A stretch of DNA of 56,298 nt from positions 1 to 56,298 of IMG/VR virus record IMGVR_UViG_3300045999_003132. The stretch is one strand, 5' to 3'. The stretch is from a virus. Its lineage: Duplodnaviria > Caudoviricetes. Each line of letters opens with the position of its first letter. The stretch's first letter is position 1. Both the position numbers and the translations under genes were made by a program. Of this stretch, positions 18,994 to 27,530 are shown one piece after another. The notes under the pieces are model-generated. The model saw only the letters and a program-made list of their open reading frames with translations, was not told where the DNA came from and searched no databases.

Positions 18994-20913
18994 ATGAGCG
19001 AACAGAGGACACTACCGATGCTATCCACCCGTGCGGCCATGATGCCGTCAACGGTGAATGAGGAGAACATGACGGTTGACGTTGTGTTCGGAACTGATGC
19101 CCCCGTCCGTATGTGGAATTGGGACATCGGTGACTTCATGGAGTCAATGTCGTTCGATGAAGGTCACATCCGTTGGTCGCGTTTGCAGAATGGCGCACCA
19201 CTGCTTGACAATCATTCATCTCACAAAGGAACTTCCGATGTCATAGGCGTTGTTGAGCGCGCTTGGTCAGAAGGAGGCAAAGGTTACGCTACCATCCGCT
19301 TTGACAAGGGCGAGGACGGTGCTGAGGCTTTCCGCAAGGTGAAAGACGGCATTCTCACAGGCGTTTCCTTCGGATACCGCGTTTACAAGTACGAGAAGCA
19401 AACGTCCGCAGAGGGCGAACTTCCTAAGCTACGTGCTATTGATTGGGAGCCTTACGAGATAAGCCTTGCCCCGATTCAGGCCGACCCCGATGCAAGAGTT
19501 CGGAATAATTCGGGAGAAGTGAACAACGTAACGGTAATTGAATTAACTTTGCAACCGCATCAAGCAGAAAACAACCGACAAATGGAGAATCCTGTAACCG
19601 AGCCTGTGACCAACGAGCCTGTTGTTCCGCAGATTGACCCTAAAGCCGTGGCCGCAGAAGAGCGTTCACGCATCAAGGCTATTACGGACATGTGCCGCAA
19701 GTTCAAGATGGACGATGCGACCGTGACCGAACTCATTGACAATGGCAAGACCGTTGACGCGGCCCGTGCTATCGTCATGGAGCGTTTTGAGGCGCAAGAC
19801 CCAGCGAAACACGTTACTGGCAATCAGCCTGCCGTCCGTGCAGATGAGCGCGACAAGTTCCGTGCTGCTGCCGAGGAGTCCGTGGTTCTCCGCGTGAATC
19901 CGAAAGCAGAGGTGAAGAACGGAGGCGATCAGCTTCGCGGAATGAACTTTGTTGACCTTGCCAAAGAATGCCTTGAGCGTTCAGGTGCTTCAACGAAGGG
20001 AATGAGCAAGCGTGAGGTTCTGTCAGCAGCTACGTTCAACACACGTATGCAGCACACAATCAGCGACTTCCCTATCATCCTCGGAAACACTATCAATCGT
20101 CAGTTGCAGGCTGCTTACAGCTTGCAGGCTCCGACCTTTGAGCCGTTCTGCCGCAGGACTACCATCAGCGACATGCGCCCTAAGACGGTTGCAAAGCTGT
20201 CGGGTCTGCTGACCAACATGAACGCAATCCCCGAAGGTGGTGAGTACGCTGCTACAACCGTTACCGAGGACAAGGAGACTTACAGCCTCGCCAAGTACGG
20301 TCACAAAATCGGCCTGACATTGGAGGCGATGTTGAATGACGACCTGAGCGCGTTCGACCGTCTTCCGCAGGCAATCGCAAACAAGGCGCGCAACGTGCAG
20401 TCCAATATCGTTTACGGTATCCTGACTGGTGCGCCTTTGATGAACGATGGTTTTGCCCTGTTCTCTTCGCAGCATGCCAACCTTGGAACTGCTGGCGCAA
20501 TCAGCGACACCACTCTTGAAGAACTCTACAAGCTGATGGGTCAGCAGGTGGGTCTTGACGGTGACTACATCAATGTTGAGCCACGTTTCCTCATCGTAGG
20601 GCCGCAGAACCGCGCTACTGCGTTGAAGTTCATGAACAACCTCGCATTGGCTGACACCGTATCGAATCAGAACATCTACCAAGGTTCGATGCAGGTTATT
20701 GTTGAGCCTCGCATCACGACCAAGAACTGGTTCGCTGCCGCTGACCCCGCTGCAATCGACACCATCGAGTACGCATTCCTTGAGGGCGAAAATGGCCTTT
20801 ACACGGAGCAGCGCGAAGGGTTCGATGTTGACGGTATCGAAATCAAGGCGCGTCTGTTCTTCGCTGCCAAGGCAATCGACCACCGTGGCCTGTTCAAAAA
20901 CGCTCACACCTAA
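18994..20913 (+). CDS. Prohead protease / major capsid fusion protein
   Basis: PLLDNH, VSFGY, WEPYEISL..AD protease motifs; HTISDFP, IPEGGEY, IEYAFLEG, IDHRGLFK capsid motifs. Confidence 0.93.
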   Translation: MSEQRTLPMLSTRAAMMPSTVNEENMTVDVVFGTDAPVRMWNWDIGDFMESMSFDEGHIRWSRLQNGAPLLDNHSSHKGTSDVIGVVERAWSEGGKGYATIRFDKGEDGAEAFRKVKDGILTGVSFGYRVYKYEKQTSAEGELPKLRAIDWEPYEISLAPIQADPDARVRNNSGEVNNVTVIELTLQPHQAENNRQMENPVTEPVTNEPVVPQIDPKAVAAEERSRIKAITDMCRKFKMDDATVTELIDNGKTVDAARAIVMERFEAQDPAKHVTGNQPAVRADERDKFRAAAEESVVLRVNPKAEVKNGGDQLRGMNFVDLAKECLERSGASTKGMSKREVLSAATFNTRMQHTISDFPIILGNTINRQLQAAYSLQAPTFEPFCRRTTISDMRPKTVAKLSGLLTNMNAIPEGGEYAATTVTEDKETYSLAKYGHKIGLTLEAMLNDDLSAFDRLPQAIANKARNVQSNIVYGILTGAPLMNDGFALFSSQHANLGTAGAISDTTLEELYKLMGQQVGLDGDYINVEPRFLIVGPQNRATALKFMNNLALADTVSNQNIYQGSMQVIVEPRITTKNWFAAADPAAIDTIEYAFLEGENGLYTEQREGFDVDGIEIKARLFFAAKAIDHRGLFKNAHT

Positions 20914-20925
20914 TACTGACGAACA

Positions 20926-21261
20926 ATGACAAATTACGTTCAAGAAGGCAAAGTCCTTAACTACATCGTCCCAAGTGGCGGTGTTACAAGTGGCGACCTC
21001 GTACTGGTTGAATCCATCGTAGGCGTTTGCGCGTCAACGGGAGTTGAGGACGATGTTATCGCCCTTGCCGTTGAAGGTGTCTATTCGGTTCCGAAGGTTG
21101 TAGGTGCAATCGCTCAAGGTGCTGCTGTTTACTTCCTCGATGGGGATGTGACCACCGCAACATCAGGCGGTTCGCCTTGGGGGACGCTTGTGAAAGCAGG
21201 TGTTGCCGCTGCCGCTGCCGAATCTGCTGACACCGTTGTTCCTGTCATCCTTAACAAGTGA
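20926..21261 (+). CDS. Capsid cement/decoration protein (DUF2190-like)
   Basis: MTNYVQEG, GVTSGD.V, VEGVYSVPK, GAAVY. Confidence 0.85.
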   Translation: MTNYVQEGKVLNYIVPSGGVTSGDLVLVESIVGVCASTGVEDDVIALAVEGVYSVPKVVGAIAQGAAVYFLDGDVTTATSGGSPWGTLVKAGVAAAAAESADTVVPVILNK

Positions 21262-21267
21262 TGAGCC

Positions 21268-21618
21268 ATGCCGAACCCGTTCGATGGTTTGGCGGACAGG
21301 GTGTTCAACACCGTGGAGCGTACAATGGGCTACGATGCCACTTGGACTCCTGACGGTAGTGTAACGCAGCAATCAGCGCGGGTTCTGTTCGCAGAGCCTA
21401 CGATGGCCGAGAAATTAGGAGAGTACGGGGATAGCTATAATCCCCGTACTTTTTTTATGGAGTATTGGGACGGCTTCTTTGTTGGGCTGTTTGAGGCCGT
21501 AAGGGAGAACTCCGAAGAGTATGTGACCATCAATGACAGGACGTTCTATGTTCGGCACGTTGACCGTAAATTTGACGGACGCAACTACCGCGCAAGACTT
21601 GAAGAGGTTACATCGTGA
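21268..21618 (+). CDS. Head-tail joining protein
   Basis: NPFD start, size and position after the cement gene. Confidence 0.6.
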   Translation: MPNPFDGLADRVFNTVERTMGYDATWTPDGSVTQQSARVLFAEPTMAEKLGEYGDSYNPRTFFMEYWDGFFVGLFEAVRENSEEYVTINDRTFYVRHVDRKFDGRNYRARLEEVTS

Positions 21619-22883
21619 ACTACACGTCAATAGAGAATGATATTGTTGCCCGCCTTGCCCCGCTTGTAACTGCTGGGTATCAGGTGGAGGCGATGCCTGA
21701 CCGTGAATCTGACAACATAGGGGTCGGTCACAAGGGCAGGGTGACGGTGCAGGTCACGATGGCGAAGTATGGGGAGCATAGGTCGACCCCGCCTGCCGTT
21801 GTTCAGGAAGAGGACGTTTATGTTGACATCATACTGAGGGCAAGGACGCTTCGGGCGTTAGGTGGTATTTACGACCTGTGTGAGTTGTGTCGTGGCCTGT
21901 TGATAGGGTTCGCACCTGACAACTGCCGTCTTCCGTTATCTGGCGTTGACTTCGGTTCGATAGCCCCTGCGGAGTATGAGGGCAGCGTTCACATGTATTC
22001 GCTCAGGCTAAAGACGCAGACCATATCGGTCGGTGGCCCTGACGTGGATGTGACACCGCTGATAACCGAAATCACTTTTGACGACCAAACGACAAGCGGC
22101 CCTGCACCCTCTGTTGAGTTGTACTCATCGGCCTATAACGTGCTTACATCTGGGACGCAAGTGATACTTGCATGGGTCACATCGGGCGTAGGTGAATTGT
22201 TCCTGTCTGGCGTTGGAATTGTTGAGCCGATAGGTACTGCCACGGTGACGATAACGGCAGACATCACTTACACGCTATCGCTGACCAACGGGCTTACGGT
22301 CACGTCCGACACCGTTGACATCGAGATAGGTTTTGGTGATGCTGACTACGAACTTTACAATACGGAAGGGACTTTACTTGAGAGTGGTTCTATTCCGTCA
22401 AATGAGGAGTCTGGCATCACGGCCCCCGATGCGACCATTCTAATCAACGGCACTCAGTTTGCCGATGCCCCAAGCGGTGAGCCTACTGATCTGCCCGTGG
22501 TCAACGGTGGCAGCAACCCCGTTGGCTCAGAACAATCGGGCGAATGGGTGATAGGCAATAGCACGGTAACTATCAACGGCACTCAGGTCGGGGACATTGT
22601 GGCGGAGGACAGCCTACCCATCGCGGTTGAGTTGGACGGGAATCCTTCGGGGACTTGGAACGCTGGCACGCAGACTTGGGAGGTTACAGGGCCAGTCATT
22701 GCCGTACGAAGCGCATACGACTCGAGCACGTTCACGGTGTGGGTTGGATGGGGTTCAGTCGGAACAACCGACCAAACGCCTATCACAATCAAGCGCGGCA
22801 TCACAGACCCCGTGACGGGCCTTGTGACCGAGACTGAAGCATTTGGCCCGTGGGATGATTACCTAACTTTGCCTTACTCATAA
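21615..22883 (+). CDS. Tail completion (Gp37-like) domain fused to beta-rich extension
   Basis: IENDIVARL..VEAMPD, GIYDL..LIGFAP; C-terminal ~270 aa Thr/Val/Gly-rich with repeated INGTQ. Confidence 0.55.
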   Translation: MNYTSIENDIVARLAPLVTAGYQVEAMPDRESDNIGVGHKGRVTVQVTMAKYGEHRSTPPAVVQEEDVYVDIILRARTLRALGGIYDLCELCRGLLIGFAPDNCRLPLSGVDFGSIAPAEYEGSVHMYSLRLKTQTISVGGPDVDVTPLITEITFDDQTTSGPAPSVELYSSAYNVLTSGTQVILAWVTSGVGELFLSGVGIVEPIGTATVTITADITYTLSLTNGLTVTSDTVDIEIGFGDADYELYNTEGTLLESGSIPSNEESGITAPDATILINGTQFADAPSGEPTDLPVVNGGSNPVGSEQSGEWVIGNSTVTINGTQVGDIVAEDSLPIAVELDGNPSGTWNAGTQTWEVTGPVIAVRSAYDSSTFTVWVGWGSVGTTDQTPITIKRGITDPVTGLVTETEAFGPWDDYLTLPYS

Positions 22884-22893
22884 AATAGAAATC

Positions 22894-23079
22894 ATGGAAA
22901 AGAAATTCAGCATAGTGATAAACTCACAGGCTAATGGCTACGTGGCGGTTTTCAGATGTTTCGGCATAGATGAGGAAGGGCAGCAGGTCACTATTGACAG
23001 CAAGACGTTGACGGGCCTTGCATCTGTTGAGGCTGCAATGGTGGCCGCTCAGGAGTTCATCACTAAGAATCAGGACTGA
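22894..23079 (+). CDS. Hypothetical protein
   Basis: ORF after TAACTTTG at 22864, coupled to the next gene. Confidence 0.6.
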   Translation: MEKKFSIVINSQANGYVAVFRCFGIDEEGQQVTIDSKTLTGLASVEAAMVAAQEFITKNQD

Positions 23080-24158
23080 TGGCTAACCGATACGCAGTAG
23101 CAACAGGTAACTGGTCAAACACGGCAACGTGGGATGGCGGCACATTGCCGCAGGCAGGGGATACGGTGAGGCCCAATGGGTTTATTGTGACCATAGATCA
23201 GAACATTAACGTTACTATACTGACCAACAACGCAAGCGCACCTGCCGCAGCTGGTGGGTCTTATGTAATATCTACCAGTGTTAATGTTACCGCAGATTTA
23301 TTGTGTCGTAACAACAGTGCGTTATGTACGCTTAATGGAGTCGGGATAAATGTAGTTATTACAGGGGATGTTGTGGGAAATCCAGCCGAAACATTTAACG
23401 GCACGGCTATGGTAATATCTACGCAATCTACTCTGACTGTGATAGGGGATGTTATTGGAGGCGCACTGACAGGAACTACATCGGGTGCAAGTATAAATCA
23501 TGGTATCTCAATAAACGCACCCAATGTTGTTGTGGATGTTACGGGAAGCATAATAGGAGGCGGTCAGAACACAGGAACAGGTTTCAATCACGGTATATTT
23601 TCCAGCCAGAATCAAGTGACTGTAAATGTTACGGGGTTAGTTCAAGGCAGTGCTTTTAGTGCTTTTGTCATTAAAGCCGCAATATCGCTCGGAGGACTGA
23701 ACAATGTTCTTAATATAATCGGAATCGTATATGGTAACGTAAGTACAGCAGTTGTAGTAGGAAGCACAACAAGTAACGTTTATCTTGATGGTATTTGCAA
23801 TACTATTGGGAGTGCCGTTCCATTCAATGTTGCTCGATTAGTAATAACTAATGGTGTGATATTTTGTGATGTAGTCAATTCGCTTGGCGGTATAACAAAG
23901 TGGATGATACCGCCTTTCAGCGATGTTGAAATTGTCACAGAAACAGAGGTTGTTGGCATTGATAATTACTTATACACCGCTGGACTGCTGACAGGCTACC
24001 CCCTCGAATCCAAAGTAGAGGACGGTACGGTTTACGGCCCATCGAGTGAGTTTGAAGGAACAATGGAGCCGTGGGATGCTGCATTTGCACAGGCACTTGC
24101 AACAGCCCAACGTGACCTGCAACTTCCAAGTATTCTCAGCGCAATAACAGCACCTTAG
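23079..24158 (+). CDS. Putative fibre/spike protein
   Basis: ATGNWSNTATWDGGTLPQAGD start, repeated V.G.V.GG beta-helix-like units, AT-richer central part. Confidence 0.5.
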   Translation: MANRYAVATGNWSNTATWDGGTLPQAGDTVRPNGFIVTIDQNINVTILTNNASAPAAAGGSYVISTSVNVTADLLCRNNSALCTLNGVGINVVITGDVVGNPAETFNGTAMVISTQSTLTVIGDVIGGALTGTTSGASINHGISINAPNVVVDVTGSIIGGGQNTGTGFNHGIFSSQNQVTVNVTGLVQGSAFSAFVIKAAISLGGLNNVLNIIGIVYGNVSTAVVVGSTTSNVYLDGICNTIGSAVPFNVARLVITNGVIFCDVVNSLGGITKWMIPPFSDVEIVTETEVVGIDNYLYTAGLLTGYPLESKVEDGTVYGPSSEFEGTMEPWDAAFAQALATAQRDLQLPSILSAITAP

Positions 24159-24160
24159 CA

Positions 24161-24388
24161 ATGGAATCAATCCTTGAAGCATTAGCGCAGTATGGGATAG
24201 CAGGGATATTCCTTGCCGTCCTTGTTTACTATTTGAACAAGCTGACTGACATCCATCGGCAAGAACGGGCCGAGTGGGCGCAGACGAACGACCGCCACGT
24301 TGAGAAGTTCTCGCAGGTTATCGAGAAGAACACGGACGCGCTGACGGCCATGCGCATCGAGTTGAACAATGCTAAATGCAAGGCATAG
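24161..24388 (+). CDS. Holin (BhlA-like)
   Basis: LAQYGIAGIFLAVLVYY single TM followed by a coiled coil. Confidence 0.6.
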   Translation: MESILEALAQYGIAGIFLAVLVYYLNKLTDIHRQERAEWAQTNDRHVEKFSQVIEKNTDALTAMRIELNNAKCKA

Positions 24389-24502
24389 ATGGCAAGCAAA
24401 CAGACCGTGGTCAAGTTTAAACCTAAGCCCAAACGCAAGAACGGGAGGCATCGCAAGTATCGCGGCAAAGGGTTCAAAGCGTACCGTGGGCAGGGGCGGT
24501 GA
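24389..24502 (+). CDS. Small basic peptide (37 aa, not in the ORF track)
   Basis: MASKQTVVKFKPKPKRKNGRHRKYRGKGFKAYRGQGR; ATG directly follows the holin stop. Confidence 0.6.
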   Translation: MASKQTVVKFKPKPKRKNGRHRKYRGKGFKAYRGQGR

Positions 24503-24520
24503 TTTAGAATCATTCTAAAT
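24502..24520. promoter_or_regulatory. Perfect 9-1-9 palindrome, Fur-box-like operator
   Basis: ATTTAGAAT-C-ATTCTAAAT upstream of TATATTTG at 24554. Confidence 0.55.
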
Positions 24521-24659
24521 TACCGTTATCGGTTGTTGAATTGATTTGTACCCTATATTTGCAGTCCTATGTAACGGGTAAAATAAACAGACACATCCGC
24601 TAACATTAAAAATCCAACGCCATGAAAAGGATTTAATAGCCCTAATCGGCACAGATTGT

Positions 24660-24695
24660 AAACCCTCTGCCTTAATTGGTGGAGGGTTTCTTTTT
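24660..24695 (+). terminator. Rho-independent terminator
   Basis: AAACCCTCTGCC-TTAATT-GGTGGAGGGTTT then CTTTTT. Confidence 0.7.
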
Positions 24696-24771
24696 GTGTC
24701 TAATTTCGCAGCGTGAATGGTAATTCATTCACAATGTCGCTAATCCGTTGTTAATGTATAATTTAGCCGAC

Positions 24772-25797
24772 ATGAAAGGACTTCCCCAACAGGTTACTGG
24801 TAAGGCGGTAGAGGAAATGATGGCTAAGTTCCCATCACTCCCCTCAATGACCATCGCCAAGAAATTACTTGCAGAGTTCCCCGAACTATTTACAACCTTA
24901 GACAACGCCCGTTCTTCCGTTCGCTATTATCGCGGGACAATAGGCAATGCTGCGCGGGGTAGGCGTGGCATAGCTGAACGCCCCGAACCCGCTCAACACG
25001 CTAACGCGATGGGTATCCCGAACCCGTTTCACCTGCCCGACTCCGATGAGCCTGAGTGGGAGCCTTACGTAATCCCCCCATCGGTAACGCGGCTATTGGT
25101 GCTATCCGATGTTCACATACCATACCACAACATTGAAGCGGTCACGCTTGCGCTGCAATACGGCAAGGACAAAGGCGTTAACGGTATCATGCTGAACGGT
25201 GACATCCTTGACTTTTACGGGCTAAGTTCCTTTGAGAAAGACCCGCGCAAAAGACGTTTCTCCGAGGAGTTGGAGATGGGGCGGCAATTCCTAAGGGTTC
25301 TGCGAAAAGAGTTTGATGGCGTGCCGATTTACTACAAACTTGGCAACCATTGCGAACGGTATGAACGCTATCTGCGAATTAAGGCCCCTGAATTATTGGA
25401 CGTGTCAGAGTTTAGGTTAGACGTTCTTTTGAAGTTTGGCGAACTTGGAATTGAGTTAATCGACGACATGAGGATAGTCCATTTTGGCCGCCTCAACATC
25501 ATGCACGGTCACGAGTTCGGGCGGTCTGTCTTTTCGCCTGTGAACCCTGCCCGTGGCGCGTACATGAGAGCAAAGGAAAATTGCATCATTGGACACCACC
25601 ACCAAACAAGCAGCCACGCAGAGCCGACCATGAACGGCAAAGTGATCAACACGTGGTCTACTGGTTGCCTCTGCGAACTGCACCCGACCTATATGCCAAT
25701 CAACAAATGGAACCGTGGCTTTGCCTATGTTGAGCGCGAACCCGATGGAGACTTCACCGTACACAATCACACCATTATTAACGGCAAGGTGAGATGA
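24772..25797 (+). CDS. Calcineurin-like metallophosphoesterase
   Basis: SDVH, NGDILD, GNHC, HGHE, GHHH motifs. Confidence 0.9.
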   Translation: MKGLPQQVTGKAVEEMMAKFPSLPSMTIAKKLLAEFPELFTTLDNARSSVRYYRGTIGNAARGRRGIAERPEPAQHANAMGIPNPFHLPDSDEPEWEPYVIPPSVTRLLVLSDVHIPYHNIEAVTLALQYGKDKGVNGIMLNGDILDFYGLSSFEKDPRKRRFSEELEMGRQFLRVLRKEFDGVPIYYKLGNHCERYERYLRIKAPELLDVSEFRLDVLLKFGELGIELIDDMRIVHFGRLNIMHGHEFGRSVFSPVNPARGAYMRAKENCIIGHHHQTSSHAEPTMNGKVINTWSTGCLCELHPTYMPINKWNRGFAYVEREPDGDFTVHNHTIINGKVR

Positions 25798-25982
25798 GCA
25801 GAACAGAGGCCGTTACATTCGCCCGTGACCTTTGGCCGCTATTCAAGACCATGCCCCGTGATGAGTGGCGGCAACACTTCGCGCAGGTCGCACGGAGTCG
25901 GGGTGAATCGGAACAATGGATAAGTCACGCCCTTGCATGGATTGAACCCGCTTTTAACTTCGGAATGACCCACGGAATATGA
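25794..25982 (+). CDS. Hypothetical protein
   Basis: Overlapping start/stop with neighbours. Confidence 0.5.
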   Translation: MSRTEAVTFARDLWPLFKTMPRDEWRQHFAQVARSRGESEQWISHALAWIEPAFNFGMTHGI

Positions 25983-26170
25983 GCCTACGCCACGAACAGC
26001 ATCAGTCACTCATCTATACGCGGGAATTGCTGTTTGATTTGCTGCACCCGTCAACGCGGCCGAAGACCGTTGCCGAAACTAAGGCAAGGGTGAAGCGTTG
26101 TCTCCGTCACTTTCCACCTTTGCGCGAAAGTGGCGAGCCGATGTTTTCACAGGATGGGGTTGAGCCGTAA
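25979..26170 (+). CDS. Hypothetical phage protein
   Basis: Coupled ORF with RCLRHFP motif. Confidence 0.55.
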   Translation: MSLRHEQHQSLIYTRELLFDLLHPSTRPKTVAETKARVKRCLRHFPPLRESGEPMFSQDGVEP

Positions 26171-26231
26171 TTCCAAAGCAATACCTATCTTCGCCCATCC
26201 GTTCCGAACGCCTAAAACGCTTCGGGCATTT

Positions 26232-26265
26232 ACCCGCTCACTTTCACAGGTGGGCGGGTTTCTTT
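26232..26265 (+). terminator. Rho-independent terminator
   Basis: ACCCGCTCAC...GTGGGCGGGT then TTCTTT. Confidence 0.65.
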
Positions 26266-26336
26266 ATCTTTGCCCCGTTCCTTTTCCTTTGGATTGGGAC
26301 TTACAGAAGCCTTGCACGTTGTGCCGTATCAACGTG

Positions 26337-26386
26337 ACCCGCAAGGATGGGGTAGGGATGTCCCTGCCGCCTTGCGGGTTTTTCTT
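26337..26386 (+). terminator. Long hairpin terminator
   Basis: ACCCGCAAGG...CCTTGCGGGT then TTTT; inner stem GGTAGGG/CCCTGCC. Confidence 0.65.
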
Positions 26387-26397
26387 ATTTTAGCCGC

Positions 26398-26823
26398 ATG
26401 AAACGCCCTGCGCACTTCACCATCCACGAACTGGCCGACCCGTCCATCATTGCAGAACGTGGAGAAGATGCAACGTGGGGACTACTTGACCCCCGTTTGT
26501 TTCCCGCTTTGGACTGGTTGCGTGGCATCTTCGGGCCTATCCATATCAACGGGGGACGGTTCAAAGAGTCGGGGTTGAGGCGCAAGGACACGCCAACGGG
26601 TTCACCCAAGTCAGCCCACAAGAACGGACAGGCTTACGATTTGAAACCAAAGGCGCAAGGTGTCACCGTTCAGAAGATGTACGCTTACGTATTGGCTAAT
26701 GAAGCCGAGGCCATGCGCCACGGTATCACAGAAGTTGAGGACATACGCGACACCCCGACATGGCTGCACATTAGTTGCCGTCCTCACACGTTGGGCAACA
26801 AGATTAGAATAGTCAGACCATGA
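26398..26823 (+). CDS. Endolysin, peptidase M15-like
   Basis: HFTIHEL, SGLR, SAHKNGQAYD (SxHxxGxAxD), WLHIS. Confidence 0.85.
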   Translation: MKRPAHFTIHELADPSIIAERGEDATWGLLDPRLFPALDWLRGIFGPIHINGGRFKESGLRRKDTPTGSPKSAHKNGQAYDLKPKAQGVTVQKMYAYVLANEAEAMRHGITEVEDIRDTPTWLHISCRPHTLGNKIRIVRP

Positions 26824-26997
26824 GCATCAACGACCGCCCACCTTCACCCCATCTGATAGCAGCCGCCTGTCTGCTCATCGGTCTGCTTTGGCTTTGCGTG
26901 GTCGCGGCAAGTAATATGCCGTGGTAAATAATTTTCGTTGCCGTGTCGGGCGCGTTGTTCTTTGGTGTATGTTTGCGCTACACTAACGCGATACGCT

Positions 26998-27201
26998 ATG
27001 AAATACACGGGTAAGCTGTACGGACGTGCAGGCGGTATGCACTTTGATACGGGCCACACAACGGATGATTGGGATGCAATGGAGGCGCGTATTCAGAACA
27101 TTGAAAAGGCAATAGACCTGATTCAGAAAGCGCGTACATTAAATGGAGCGTATGGCAGCGATGCCCATTTGCAGGACGCTATAATTGCACTAAGCAAATG
27201 A
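26998..27201 (+). CDS. Hypothetical protein
   Basis: ATG after the GGTGTATGTTTG promoter. Confidence 0.55.
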   Translation: MKYTGKLYGRAGGMHFDTGHTTDDWDAMEARIQNIEKAIDLIQKARTLNGAYGSDAHLQDAIIALSK

Positions 27202-27530
27202 CCCCCACGCAAACAACCATCCTCACCCACGCCCTGACCGCTGTCATTAGCGCGGCCATCACTTACGCCATCCTGACCGCTAACGACCCGATACCCGAAC
27301 CTGTTTCGGTTGAGGCCATCCAAGCGGAGGAACGCATTAGGTTGAGGCAAGAAGGCGCGGGGTTCGTCCGTGACTCATTACGTGCCACAGAATCGCGTAT
27401 CTCGGAACGACCTACACAACGGGCCGCGGTGAAACAGAAGTGGGCGCAAATCGCACGGGAACGGGCAAACGTGGGGGATAGCGTGGCGGGGGTGGAGTTG
27501 ATTGAACGGATTAACGGATGGGGGAAGTAA
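27198..27530 (+). CDS. Membrane-anchored coiled-coil protein, spanin-like
   Basis: N-terminal TM then helical charged region; lies in the lysis region. Confidence 0.45.
   Translation: MTPTQTTILTHALTAVISAAITYAILTANDPIPEPVSVEAIQAEERIRLRQEGAGFVRDSLRATESRISERPTQRAAVKQKWAQIARERANVGDSVAGVELIERINGWGK

Noticed and set aside
20023-20943. 306-aa antisense ORF and the many other minus-strand ORFs
   Set aside because: They shadow well-supported plus-strand genes and have no recognisable motifs
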